Made by a program: the position numbers and the translations under genes. Shown here one piece after another: positions 55,219 to 64,000 of a DNA stretch of 64,000 bases. A model generated the notes under the pieces. The model was not told the DNA's origin, did no database searches, and saw only the letters and a program-made list of their open reading frames with translations. How positions within the stretch are numbered: the stretch's first letter is position 1; each line of letters begins with the position of its first letter. This DNA is from Candidatus Latescibacterota bacterium (GTDB lineage: Bacteria; Latescibacterota; UBA2968; UBA8231): positions 3,424,001-3,488,000 of the forward strand of contig OZ241889.1 in the NCBI GenBank assembly GCA_965203355.1, given 5' to 3'.

Positions 55219-56019
55219 CTAACGCAGATAGAGCACGAGCCCAACCAAGCCCAGGGCCGCCAAGGCGAACAAGCCATCGGCCGGGCCAAAGCGCAGCGGG
55301 CGATAATGGGTGCGCTCCGCTCCGCTGGCGTAGCAGCGACTCTCCATGGCCAAGGCGAGGCGGTCGGCCCGCCCGCAGGCTGCGACGAGGAGGGGCGCGA
55401 GGAGGGGCACGAAGTTTTTGATGCGGCGCGGAAAAGAGCCACTAAAATCGGCCCCGCGCGCTAGTTGGGCTTTGTGCAGGCGCTCGGCCTCGTCGAGGAG
55501 CACCGGGATAAACCGCAGGGCAATGGCGATCATCAGCGCCATGTCGCCCGCCGGAAACCCGAAGCGGCGCAAGGGATTAAAGAGGTGCGCTAGGCCGCTG
55601 GTTATCTCCAGCGGTGCGGTCGTCAGCGTCAAGAGTGTGGCGGCGACGATGGCGGCGGCTAGTCGCGCGGTGAAAAAGGCCCCCAAGCGCAAGCCCTCGG
55701 CGGTCAGAACGTGGTCGAAAAAGGGCAACGGCAAAACGGGCCGACCGGGCGTGAGCAGCGCGTGGAGGCCAAAGGTGAACAAGAAGAGCCAAGCAAAGGT
55801 TTTGCACTGGCGCAGGACGAGGCGCCAAGGCACCCGCGCCAGGGCGGTCGCGCCGAGCAGGAAAGCCCCAAGCAGCAGCAGGGCGAGTGCGTTGGGGGTG
55901 GCAAAGATCGCCAGCGTCAGCGCGAAAACAGCGCCTAACTTGGTGCGCGGATCGAGGCGGTGGATCGGCGAGTTGAGCGCGATGTAGCGGCCGAGCGCGA
56001 TGTCCGGCAAAAAGGCCAA
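55219..56019 (-). CDS. ecfT: Energy-coupling factor transmembrane component EcfT
   Basis: SPIHRLDPRTK, IALRFIP, AQLARG and LALAMESRCY motifs. Confidence 0.9.
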   Translation of the reverse strand: MAFLPDIALGRYIALNSPIHRLDPRTKLGAVFALTLAIFATPNALALLLLGAFLLGATALARVPWRLVLRQCKTFAWLFLFTFGLHALLTPGRPVLPLPFFDHVLTAEGLRLGAFFTARLAAAIVAATLLTLTTAPLEITSGLAHLFNPLRRFGFPAGDMALMIAIALRFIPVLLDEAERLHKAQLARGADFSGSFPRRIKNFVPLLAPLLVAACGRADRLALAMESRCYASGAERTHYRPLRFGPADGLFALAALGLVGLVLYLR

Positions 56020-56022
56020 GGG

Positions 56023-56988
56023 CTAGGGCAAGAAGCGGTTGGTGAAGGCCGCCGTGGCGTTCACGACGCCCTCTTTGAGCAGGCCAGCGGCCACCATTTG
56101 GTCCAATAGCTCCTGCCAGCGCTGCAAGGTCATGTGCCCGAGGCCGTGCTGCCGGGCGACCGGATCGAGAATCATATCGAGGGATTCGGCGGCTCCGTAG
56201 GCGAGAATGTCCATACCCATCTCGGGGTTGAGGCCGTTGATATGGCGGTTCGTCGCCTCGGGCGCGGCGAGGTATTGCTCCCAGCCTCGGACGCTGGCGC
56301 GGACTGCGGCCCGGACGAGTTCAGGCTCGGTGGCGATGCGCTCGGCGGTGGTAATGAGTACGCTGGCATAGGGGTTGAAGCCGGTGTCGGCTACGAGCAG
56401 GGCCTTGGGATCGCCGCCTTTGGCCCGGGCGACGAAAGGCTCGCTAAAGACGTAGCCCTGCTGGGCGAAATGCTCGTCCGCGAGAAATTGGGTCACATTG
56501 CCGGGATAGGGGACAATAGCGACGCCTTCAAACGGGTATTTCCAGCGCAGATAGTGCGAGAAGGCCGGGCGTTGCGACAAGGCCAAGGTCATGTTTTTGA
56601 TTTGTGCAATGGAGTCGATACCGGAGCGCGCGTGGACCATGATGCAGCGCGGGTTGATCTGGTAGGACGCCATGAGCGCGACCACCGGGATCTGTTGGGC
56701 GCGGGCGTACAGAATGTCGTCGGCGTTTGTTATGCCAAAGGCGACCGCGCCGGTGGCCACGCGCTGGATGACCGGCGCGTCCGGGCCGCCGCCGAGGATT
56801 TCGACTTCAACGCCGTTTTCCTCGTAATAGCCGTGGATTGCAGCGGCGTACAAGCCGCCGTGTTCGGCTTCTGGGAACCAGTTGAGCGCGAGTTGAACCT
56901 TGGGCCGGGCCTCGGCTTTGGGGGCTTCTTTTTCGGCGGCGCAGGCGACGAGTGCGAGGAAGGCCGCCAAGAGTGCGTGTTTGAACAT
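56023..56988 (-). CDS. ABC transporter substrate-binding lipoprotein (NMT1/THI5-like)
   Basis: Lipobox LVAC and LNWFPEAEHGG.Y.A...GYY. Confidence 0.88.
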   Translation of the reverse strand: MFKHALLAAFLALVACAAEKEAPKAEARPKVQLALNWFPEAEHGGLYAAAIHGYYEENGVEVEILGGGPDAPVIQRVATGAVAFGITNADDILYARAQQIPVVALMASYQINPRCIMVHARSGIDSIAQIKNMTLALSQRPAFSHYLRWKYPFEGVAIVPYPGNVTQFLADEHFAQQGYVFSEPFVARAKGGDPKALLVADTGFNPYASVLITTAERIATEPELVRAAVRASVRGWEQYLAAPEATNRHINGLNPEMGMDILAYGAAESLDMILDPVARQHGLGHMTLQRWQELLDQMVAAGLLKEGVVNATAAFTNRFLP

Positions 56989-57020
56989 CGCGTACATTCC
57001 CTTCGCAAGGGTGGAAGTTT

Positions 57021-57803
57021 TTACTGGGGCGCGCCCGTCCAGCGTCTGAGCAAGAAAGTACTCAAGCGGCCCACGGTGGTAAATAGCCCCAAGCCGAGCA
57101 ACGTGCAAAACAAAATGCAGGCGAACAAGTAATCGGTTTTGGCCTGGCCGTTGGTCAGGATGATCAAGTAGCCGAGGCCAAAGTCCTCGGTGCCGTAGCC
57201 GGCGAAGAACTCGCCGACAATCGCGCCGATGACCGACAGGCCGCTGGAGATGCGGGCCCCGACGAGCATCTGGGGGACCGCGCCCGGGACGCGGAGCTTG
57301 AACAGCACTTGCCAGCGATTGGCCTTGTTGAGCGCGAAGAAGTCGAGTATGTGGGGATCAACGCGCGTCAGGCCATCGGTGGTGTTGGCGATGATCGGGA
57401 AGAGGGCGATGATGAACGAGACGGCCACCACGCCTTGGAGACCGTAGCCGATCCAGAGGATGATCAGCGGCGCGATGGCTACGATGGGCATGGTCTGCAA
57501 GAAGATCGCGTATGGATAGAGGCTGCGCTCGATGAGGCGCGACTGGGAAAACAGCAGGGCGACCAAAAAGCCAAAGGCAAAACTGAGGATAAAGCCCAAG
57601 AGCGCCCCTGACGCCGTCAGCAGGGTCGCCGACAGCAGCCGCGGCCAGTTGTCGGCGATGGCTTGGGCCACGAGCAAGGGGCCAGGCAGCAGGAAAGGTT
57701 TGATCTCGAAGAGCGAAACCGCGCCTTGCCACGCGCAGACAACCAAGGCGAAAAACAGCAGCGGGGGTAGGGCGTTGGTCGTTAGGGATCGCAGTCGTTT
57801 CAT
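57021..57803 (-). CDS. NitT/TauT-type ABC transporter permease
   Basis: QTMPIVAIAPL, FPII.NT and GAIVGEF motifs. Confidence 0.9.
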   Translation of the reverse strand: MKRLRSLTTNALPPLLFFALVVCAWQGAVSLFEIKPFLLPGPLLVAQAIADNWPRLLSATLLTASGALLGFILSFAFGFLVALLFSQSRLIERSLYPYAIFLQTMPIVAIAPLIILWIGYGLQGVVAVSFIIALFPIIANTTDGLTRVDPHILDFFALNKANRWQVLFKLRVPGAVPQMLVGARISSGLSVIGAIVGEFFAGYGTEDFGLGYLIILTNGQAKTDYLFACILFCTLLGLGLFTTVGRLSTFLLRRWTGAPQ

Positions 57804-58540
57804 GGCGCGTCGGCGTGGGCGAGTTGGCGCGAAATCTCGCTGGTTATGCGGACGAATTCAGCCGTGCCGCGCAAGGGCGGCGTGCGCGGATAGGGAAACG
57901 GGATTGGGATGTCGGCGAGGATGCGGCCGGGGCGCGCACTCATCACGAGGACCCGCTGGCTGAGGAACGCGGCTTCGGCGACGCTGTGGGTGACGAAGAG
58001 GCCGGTCCAGCGGTCTTCTTGCCATAGGCGCAAGAGTTCCTCGTTGAGCCGCTGGCGGGTGATTTCGTCGAGCGCACCAAAAGGTTCGTCGAGGAGCAGG
58101 ATCTGCGGGCGGGTCACTAGGGCGCGGGCTATGGAGACTCTCATGCGCATACCGCCGGAAAGCTGGGCTGGATACGCCGCGGCAAAATCGGTTAGGCCGA
58201 CCAGTTCAAGCGTCTGAGCGACGCGCTCGGCCGCGGCTTCGCGGCGCAGCTCTAACGGGAGGGTGATGTTGTGCGCGACCGATCGCCAAGGCAGCAGCGT
58301 GGCATCTTGGAAGACAAAGGCGAGGCCGAGCGCGTCGTGGCCCGCCACGCGCAGTTGGCCGCTGGTGGGCGCGTCGAGGCCCGCCACGAGGCGGAGGAAG
58401 GTGGATTTGCCGCAGCCAGAAGGGCCGACGATGGAGACAAATTGACCGCGGCCAATGGCCAAGTTGAGGTCGCGCAGGGCTTGGACCCCAGCGGGGAAGT
58501 ACTTGTCAAGCCCGGCGGCGACGATTAGCGGAGGCTCCAT
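57800..58540 (-). CDS. NitT/TauT-type ABC transporter ATP-binding protein
   Basis: GPSGCGKST, LSGGM and LLDEPFGALD motifs. Confidence 0.93.
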   Translation of the reverse strand: MEPPLIVAAGLDKYFPAGVQALRDLNLAIGRGQFVSIVGPSGCGKSTFLRLVAGLDAPTSGQLRVAGHDALGLAFVFQDATLLPWRSVAHNITLPLELRREAAAERVAQTLELVGLTDFAAAYPAQLSGGMRMRVSIARALVTRPQILLLDEPFGALDEITRQRLNEELLRLWQEDRWTGLFVTHSVAEAAFLSQRVLVMSARPGRILADIPIPFPYPRTPPLRGTAEFVRITSEISRQLAHADAP

Positions 58541-59467
58541 TCAACCTCGGGGATGATAGGTCTTGTGGACCTCTTTGAGGTAGCTGAGGTCGAGGTGCGT
58601 GTAGATTTGGGTCGTGGAGATGTCGGCGTGGCCCAACAGTTCCTGCACGGCGCGGAGATTGGCGCCGCCTTCTAACAGGTGCGTGGCAAAACAGTGGCGC
58701 AGGGTGTGCGGGCTTATCGCCCGGCCTAGGCGGGCCTTGTCGCTGGCCGTTTTGATGATCTTCCACACGCTCATCCGCGAGAGCGGCCCGCCTTGGGCAT
58801 TGAGAAAGACGTGGTCGCTTGCGTCGGGCCGGGCGAGGTGTGGGCGGCCTTGGCGCAGGTAGCGCTGGAGGGTGCGCGCATCTTGGGCGGCGATGGGCAC
58901 GATGCGCTCGCGCCGGCCGCGGATGCGGATGAGGCCCCGCGTCAGCAGCAGGGCCTCCTGTTGCAGCGCGGTCAGCTCGGAGACGCGGATGCCGGTGGCG
59001 TAGAGCACGGCGAGGATGGCGCGGTCGCGCTGGCCCAGCGGCTCGTCCGGGTCGGGCGCGGCGAGCAGGGCGGCGATTTCCGCGACCGAGAGCACGTCGG
59101 GCAGGCGGCGTTCCAGCTTGGGCGAGTCGAGGAGTTCGGCTGGATTGTGCGACAGCACGCCCTTGAGCAGTAAGTATTGGTGGAAGCGCTTTATTGAGGT
59201 GAGGTTGCGGGCCATGGTGGAAGCCGTTAGGCCGGCCTCGCGCAGGGAGTGGAGCAAGCGGGCGATGTGCTGGTGTTGGACGGCTTCTAGACGCTCGACG
59301 CCTTGGGCCGACAGGTGGTGCAAGTAGCGGTTGAGGTCGCGGCGATAGGCGTCGAGGGTGTTGGCCGCCAGTCCATGGTCGCGCTCCATGGCCTTGAGGA
59401 AGCGCTCGCAGGGGACGGACAGGGCCGCTGGCAGCGGGTGTTCAGGCGTGGATTTCGGGCGAGCCAT
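58541..59467 (-). CDS. xerD: Site-specific tyrosine recombinase XerD
   Basis: NTLDAYRRDL, LYATGIRVSEL, SPHTLRHCFATHLL.GGA.LR.VQELLGHADISTTQIYTH. Confidence 0.9.
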   Translation of the reverse strand: MARPKSTPEHPLPAALSVPCERFLKAMERDHGLAANTLDAYRRDLNRYLHHLSAQGVERLEAVQHQHIARLLHSLREAGLTASTMARNLTSIKRFHQYLLLKGVLSHNPAELLDSPKLERRLPDVLSVAEIAALLAAPDPDEPLGQRDRAILAVLYATGIRVSELTALQQEALLLTRGLIRIRGRRERIVPIAAQDARTLQRYLRQGRPHLARPDASDHVFLNAQGGPLSRMSVWKIIKTASDKARLGRAISPHTLRHCFATHLLEGGANLRAVQELLGHADISTTQIYTHLDLSYLKEVHKTYHPRG

Positions 59468-61292
59468 GGTCCGGGCCGTTGAGATGAGCGAGCAAGGCGT
59501 CGGCCTGTTTGCGGCTAAAGCCGGGCAGGGCGGCGATTTGCTCGGCTGGCGTGGCGGCGATGCGCTTGACCGAGCCAAAGGCCACGAGCAGGGCCTTGCG
59601 CTTTTGCGGGCCGATGCCGGGGACGCGGTCCAACGCCGAACTGAGCGCACTCTTGGCGCGTTGCTGGCGGTGGTTTTTGAGCGCGAAGCGGTGGGCTTCG
59701 TCGCGCAGCATCTGCAACAGGCGCAGGCTGGCCGAGGTCTTGGGCAGCCGCAGGGGCTCGCGCTGGCCCGGCAGGAAGATTTCCTCAAAGCGCTTGGCCA
59801 GGCCGACGACGGGTTGATCGGCGCGGTCTAAGGCGTGTAGGGCGGCGACGGCACTGGCGAGCTGGCCCGGGCCGCCGTCGATGAGCAACAAATCGGGCTG
59901 TGGCTCGTTGCGCTCGGCCAGGCCGCGGAAGCGGCGCAGGACCACTTGGTGGATGGCCGCGTAGTCGTCGGGCCGGGCGAGGTCGCGGATTTTGAAGTAG
60001 CGGTACTGGCTGCGCTTGGCCCGGCCGTCGATAAAGCAGACCACCGAGCCGACCGGGTGCGCCCCTTGGAAGGTGGAGATGTCGATGCCTTCGATGCGGC
60101 GGGGCGGAGCCGCTAGTTGCAAGTCGCGCTGGAGCGCATAGACGGATTGAGGGATGCGGTCGCGCTTGAGCTCGCGCTTGAGTTGGCGTTCAGCGAGGAG
60201 CTGGGTGGCGTTTTTGGCGGCCATGTCGATCATCTGCGCCTTGGCCCCGCGCTGGGGGGTGGCTAGCGCGACCTTGCCGTCGGCCTTTTGCGACAGCCAA
60301 GCGGCCATGGCGTCGGCGTCTGCTAGCGGCTCTGGCAAGTGGATCTCGGGCGGGACAAAGTCGTTTTGCAGGTAGAATTGCCGCGCAAAAGCCGAGAGGA
60401 TTGCTCCGTCTGAGGACTCCATGATCCCGCCGAGGAAATGGTGCTTTTTGCCGAGCAAGCGGCCCTCGCGGATTTCGAGGACGCTGCAACAGGCTTCGTC
60501 GTCGCTGCGGGCCAGGCCGAGGACATCGCGGTCCACGAGGTCGTCGAGGACGACCTTTTGCCGCGCCCGCATGGATTCTAGCGCGTGGATCTGGTCGCGG
60601 AAGCGGGCGGCTTGCTCGTAGCGCATGTCGGCCGCGGCCTCGCTCATGCGCTTTTGCAGCTCGCGGATGACTTCGGCGTTCTGGCCGCGCAAAAAGCGCA
60701 CGGCCCGCTCAACGGTCTTGCGGTAGTCGTCGGCCGAGACGAGGTCTTCGCACGGCCCTTCGCAGCGCTTGATGTGGTATTCGAGGCACAGCCGCACCTT
60801 GTCGGCGGGCAACTGGGCGTTGCAGGTGCGGATGGGAAAGACCTTGCGCATGGTGTCGATGGTGGTGTGCATGGCGCGGACATTGCTGTACGGGCCGAGG
60901 TAGCGCGAGCCGTCGCGGACTACGTCGCGCGTGGCGAAAATGCGGGGGAAAGGCTCGGCCGTGATGCGGATGTAAGGGTATTTCTTGTCGTCTTTGAGCA
61001 GGATGTTGTAGCGCGGTTTGTGGGTGCGGATTTGGGTGGCTTCGAGGATGAGGGCTTCCTGCTCGCTACTCGTTACGATGTAGTCGATGTCGGCGATGTT
61101 GCGGACTAAGGCTTTGAACTGACGCCGGCCATCGCCGCCCGACGTGCGAAAGTACGAGCGCACCCGGTCGCGCAGGCTTTTGGCCTTGCCGATGTAGATG
61201 ATCTGCCCGTCGCGCCTTTTCATAATATAGATGCCGGATTCAGTGGGCAGGGCGTCGAGTTTGAGGCGCAGATCTTCGGATAGATTCTTCAT
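59442..61292 (-). CDS. uvrC: Excinuclease ABC subunit C
   Basis: GIY..YIGKAK.LR.RV.SYF (GIY-YIG), DDKKYPY, IEGIDIS, PDLLLIDGG.GQ, RDEAHRFA and an HhH motif. Start trimmed to MKNLSEDL. Confidence 0.97.
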   Translation of the reverse strand: MKNLSEDLRLKLDALPTESGIYIMKRRDGQIIYIGKAKSLRDRVRSYFRTSGGDGRRQFKALVRNIADIDYIVTSSEQEALILEATQIRTHKPRYNILLKDDKKYPYIRITAEPFPRIFATRDVVRDGSRYLGPYSNVRAMHTTIDTMRKVFPIRTCNAQLPADKVRLCLEYHIKRCEGPCEDLVSADDYRKTVERAVRFLRGQNAEVIRELQKRMSEAAADMRYEQAARFRDQIHALESMRARQKVVLDDLVDRDVLGLARSDDEACCSVLEIREGRLLGKKHHFLGGIMESSDGAILSAFARQFYLQNDFVPPEIHLPEPLADADAMAAWLSQKADGKVALATPQRGAKAQMIDMAAKNATQLLAERQLKRELKRDRIPQSVYALQRDLQLAAPPRRIEGIDISTFQGAHPVGSVVCFIDGRAKRSQYRYFKIRDLARPDDYAAIHQVVLRRFRGLAERNEPQPDLLLIDGGPGQLASAVAALHALDRADQPVVGLAKRFEEIFLPGQREPLRLPKTSASLRLLQMLRDEAHRFALKNHRQQRAKSALSSALDRVPGIGPQKRKALLVAFGSVKRIAATPAEQIAALPGFSRKQADALLAHLNGPDHGSPEIHA

Positions 61293-61475
61293 CAGAAAGC
61301 GATACAGGTTGACATAATCGCAACGAGGATAAGCGTTTTGTTGGGGGGCGTCAAGATGGGCGATAGACGCCGCCGTGACGCGATAGACGCTCTTGCAGAA
61401 TCTTGACAGCCGGGCCGCTTGCGGCTTGGTTTCCAGCGCGTGGAGGAAGGGAACGTCCGCTACCCAGAACATGCC

Positions 61476-64000
61476 ATGAAGCTCGAAGACCTCCAAGTCA
61501 ATGCGGCCGTGCGCGGCATCCTGTCGGACAGCCTAGTCGCGGTCGTCAGTGTGCAGTGGTTCGGCTCCGAAGCGCTGGAACTGACCTACAAGACGCCGAC
61601 CGGCAAAGTCGCCAATGAGTTGCTCTATCGACGCGACGAGGCCCGGCTGGAAATCATGGAAGCGGGCCGGCCTTGGAGCTTTGATGGCGATGGCGCGTTG
61701 TTCCGCTTGGTCTCCGAAGCACAGCGGATCCGGCTCGCGCACCTTTTCGATCCAGTGCTCGCGGTTCACACCTCGGTGGTGGAGCCGCTGCCGCACCAGA
61801 TCACCGCGGTCTATGAATCCATGCTGCTGAGGCAGCCCCTGCGCTTCCTGCTCGCCGATGATCCCGGAGCCGGCAAGACCATTATGGCCGGATTGCTGAT
61901 CAAGGAATTTATCGCGCGTGGTGACTTGCAGCGCTGCTTGGTCGTATGCCCCGGCAGCCTCGCCGAGCAGTGGCAGGACGAGCTCTATCGGCGTTTTCAG
62001 TTGCCATTCGAGATCGCGACCAACGACAGGCTTGAGGCCGCACGCACCGGCAATTTTTTCCTCGAAACGAATCTGGTGATCGCCCGCCTCGACAAGCTCG
62101 CCCGGGCCGAGGACGTGCAGCAGAAGTTGCAGGCCCCTGATTGCCGATGGGACCTGGTGGTATGCGACGAGGCCCACAAGATGTCGGCCACCTTCTTCGG
62201 GGGCGAGGTCCAGTACACGAAACGCTACCGGCTCGGCCAGTTGCTGTCCTCGCTGACGCGGCATTTCCTGCTTATGACCGCTACGCCCCACAACGGCAAG
62301 GAGGCCGACTTCCAGCTCTTCATGGCCTTGCTGGACGGCGACCGCTTTGAAGGTCGTTTCCGCGATGGCGTGCATAGGGCCGACGTCTCGGACTTGATGC
62401 GGCGCATGGTCAAGGAGAACCTGCTGAAGTTCGATGGTACGCCCCTGTTTCCAGAGCGGATCGCGTACACGGTGTCGTACAGGCTCTCGGAAGAAGAGGC
62501 GCATCTCTACCAATCCGTTACCGACTACGTGCGCGACGAGTTCAGTCGCGCTGAGCAGCTCGGAAACGACAAGCGGGCCGGTAACGTTGGCTTCGCTTTG
62601 ACGATCCTCCAGCGTCGCTTGGCCTCGTCGCCGGAAGCCATCTACCAGTCTTTGCGCCGCCGCCGCGAGCGACTAGCAAGCCGGTTGCGCGCGCTCGAAG
62701 TGCTGCAACGAGGCCATGAGGCGGCGACCGCCTTGGCGACCGCTGGGCCTAAGCTGGACCCGGAGGACCTCGATGACCTCGATGAGGCCCCGGACAGCGA
62801 GGTCGAGGCCGCCGAGGCGGAAATCCTCGATCAGGCCACGGCCGCCCGGTCTATCGCCGAACTCAAAGCGGAAATCGCAACCCTGCGATCGCTGGAGGGC
62901 TTATCACTCCGCGTGCGGCGCAGCGGTGCCGACACCAAATGGCGCGAGTTGGCCAGCCTGCTCGGCGCGATCTTCACGGCGGGCGGGCTAGCCGGCCAGA
63001 TTGCCGAGCCGGACGTCCCCTACGGTGCTGGAGCGATTCCAAAGCCGCGGTCGTCGCCGCGGCAGAAACTCGTCATCTTCACCGAGCATCGCGACACGCT
63101 GAGCTATCTCGCGGACCGCATCACCACGCTGCTTGGTCGCCCGGCCGCGGTCGTCGTGATCCACGGCGGCCTGGGGCGAGAAGACCGGCTCAAGGCGCAG
63201 GAGGCCTTCCGCCACGACCCGGCGGTCCAGGTTCTGCTGGCTACCGACGCGGCGGGCGAGGGCATCAACCTCCAGCGGGCGCATCTGATGGTCAACTACG
63301 ACCTGCCTTGGAATCCGAATCGGCTGGAGCAGCGGTTTGGTCGCATCCACCGCATCGGGCAAACCGAGGTCTGCCATCTGTGGAATTTGGTGGCTCGCGA
63401 GACGCGGGAAGGCGATGTCTATCGCAAGCTGCTGGACAAGCTCGAACAGGCCCGCCAGTCGCTGGGCGGCCAGGTCTTTGACGTGCTCGGCAAGCTGCAC
63501 TTTGCGGGCCGCCCGCTGCGCGACCTGCTGGTCGAGGCGATCCGCTACGGCGAGCAGCCCGAGGTTCGCGCCCGCCTGACCACGGTCGTCGATAATGCGC
63601 TGGATCGAGTGCATTTGCAGAGCCTGCTCGAAGAGCGTGCTCTCGCTCATGACGCGCTGGATGCGCGCCGGGTTCAGCGCGTCCGGGCGGACATGGAGCG
63701 CGCGGAAGCGCGTCGCCTGCAACCGCACTACATCGAGTCTTTTTTTTGCGCGGCGTTTCAGCGGCTCGGGGGGGTGGCCAAGCAACGCGAGCCGCGGCGC
63801 TACGAAGTCGCGCACGTACCAACGCCGATCCGCAACAGGGACCGGCTGATCGGGATCGGGGAGCCGGTGCTGCCTCGCTACGAGCGGATCGCCTTTGAGC
63901 AGTCTTTGGTGTCGCCGCCGGGCCAGCCGCTGGCGGCCTTCGTATGCCCGGGTCATCCGTTGCTGGACGCGGTGATAGACCTGACGCTGGAGCGCGACCG
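61476..64000 (+). CDS. SNF2/RapA-like helicase (3' end outside window; absent from the ORF track because no stop lies in the window)
   Basis: Hand translation: MKLEDLQVNAAVRGI...EPLPHQITAVY...LLADDPGAGKT...CDEAH...TATPHNG...IFTEHRDT...ATDAAGEGINLQ...NYDLPWNPNRLEQRFGRIHRIGQ. Confidence 0.93.
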   Translation, partial: MKLEDLQVNAAVRGILSDSLVAVVSVQWFGSEALELTYKTPTGKVANELLYRRDEARLEIMEAGRPWSFDGDGALFRLVSEAQRIRLAHLFDPVLAVHTSVVEPLPHQITAVYESMLLRQPLRFLLADDPGAGKTIMAGLLIKEFIARGDLQRCLVVCPGSLAEQWQDELYRRFQLPFEIATNDRLEAARTGNFFLETNLVIARLDKLARAEDVQQKLQAPDCRWDLVVCDEAHKMSATFFGGEVQYTKRYRLGQLLSSLTRHFLLMTATPHNGKEADFQLFMALLDGDRFEGRFRDGVHRADVSDLMRRMVKENLLKFDGTPLFPERIAYTVSYRLSEEEAHLYQSVTDYVRDEFSRAEQLGNDKRAGNVGFALTILQRRLASSPEAIYQSLRRRRERLASRLRALEVLQRGHEAATALATAGPKLDPEDLDDLDEAPDSEVEAAEAEILDQATAARSIAELKAEIATLRSLEGLSLRVRRSGADTKWRELASLLGAIFTAGGLAGQIAEPDVPYGAGAIPKPRSSPRQKLVIFTEHRDTLSYLADRITTLLGRPAAVVVIHGGLGREDRLKAQEAFRHDPAVQVLLATDAAGEGINLQRAHLMVNYDLPWNPNRLEQRFGRIHRIGQTEVCHLWNLVARETREGDVYRKLLDKLEQARQSLGGQVFDVLGKLHFAGRPLRDLLVEAIRYGEQPEVRARLTTVVDNALDRVHLQSLLEERALAHDALDARRVQRVRADMERAEARRLQPHYIESFFCAAFQRLGGVAKQREPRRYEVAHVPTPIRNRDRLIGIGEPVLPRYERIAFEQSLVSPPGQPLAAFVCPGHPLLDAVIDLTLERD

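Noticed and set aside
58541-59467. Tyrosine recombinase as the integrase of the surface-protein cassettes
   Set aside because: It has a canonical XerD sequence in a housekeeping operon with uvrC, far from the cassettes; there is no direct evidence of a link.
61533-63956. Long minus-strand ORFs (326 aa, 322 aa)
   Set aside because: Antisense shadows of the plus-strand helicase.

Overview
GC-rich bacterial chromosome segment. The many secreted proteins with FlgD/T9SS-like C-terminal sorting domains and the PorV/PorQ-like gene suggest an FCB-group organism such as Latescibacterota or Gemmatimonadota (inference). The backbone is housekeeping: rplS-trmD-rimM-rpsP-ffh, rpe-PASTA-rsmB, recJ-apgM-GDPD, dcd, arsC, an AlkB-family gene, dus, sodN, gatA-tatA-pssA-htrA, truA-ecfT-ABC transporter-xerD-uvrC, and a truncated SNF2 helicase at the right edge. 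The most striking feature is two paralogous cassettes (about 3540-8930 and 26770-33365), each encoding a giant surface protein. Each cassette has a sigma70-type promoter and a conserved leader ORF containing a poly-C (poly-Pro) slippage tract. Only one reading frame of that leader runs to the RBS/start of the big gene: C12 is in frame at locus 2, and C11 is frameshifted at locus 1. The big proteins have mosaic, variable N-terminal halves. Downstream are tandem ~146-150 bp units, each holding a spare copy of the last ~18 codons of the sorting signal plus a terminator. A ~100-bp MITE-like repeat sits next to both cassettes. Together this looks like a phase-variable, recombining surface-protein system. 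No rRNA, tRNA, CRISPR array or reverse transcriptase was recognised.
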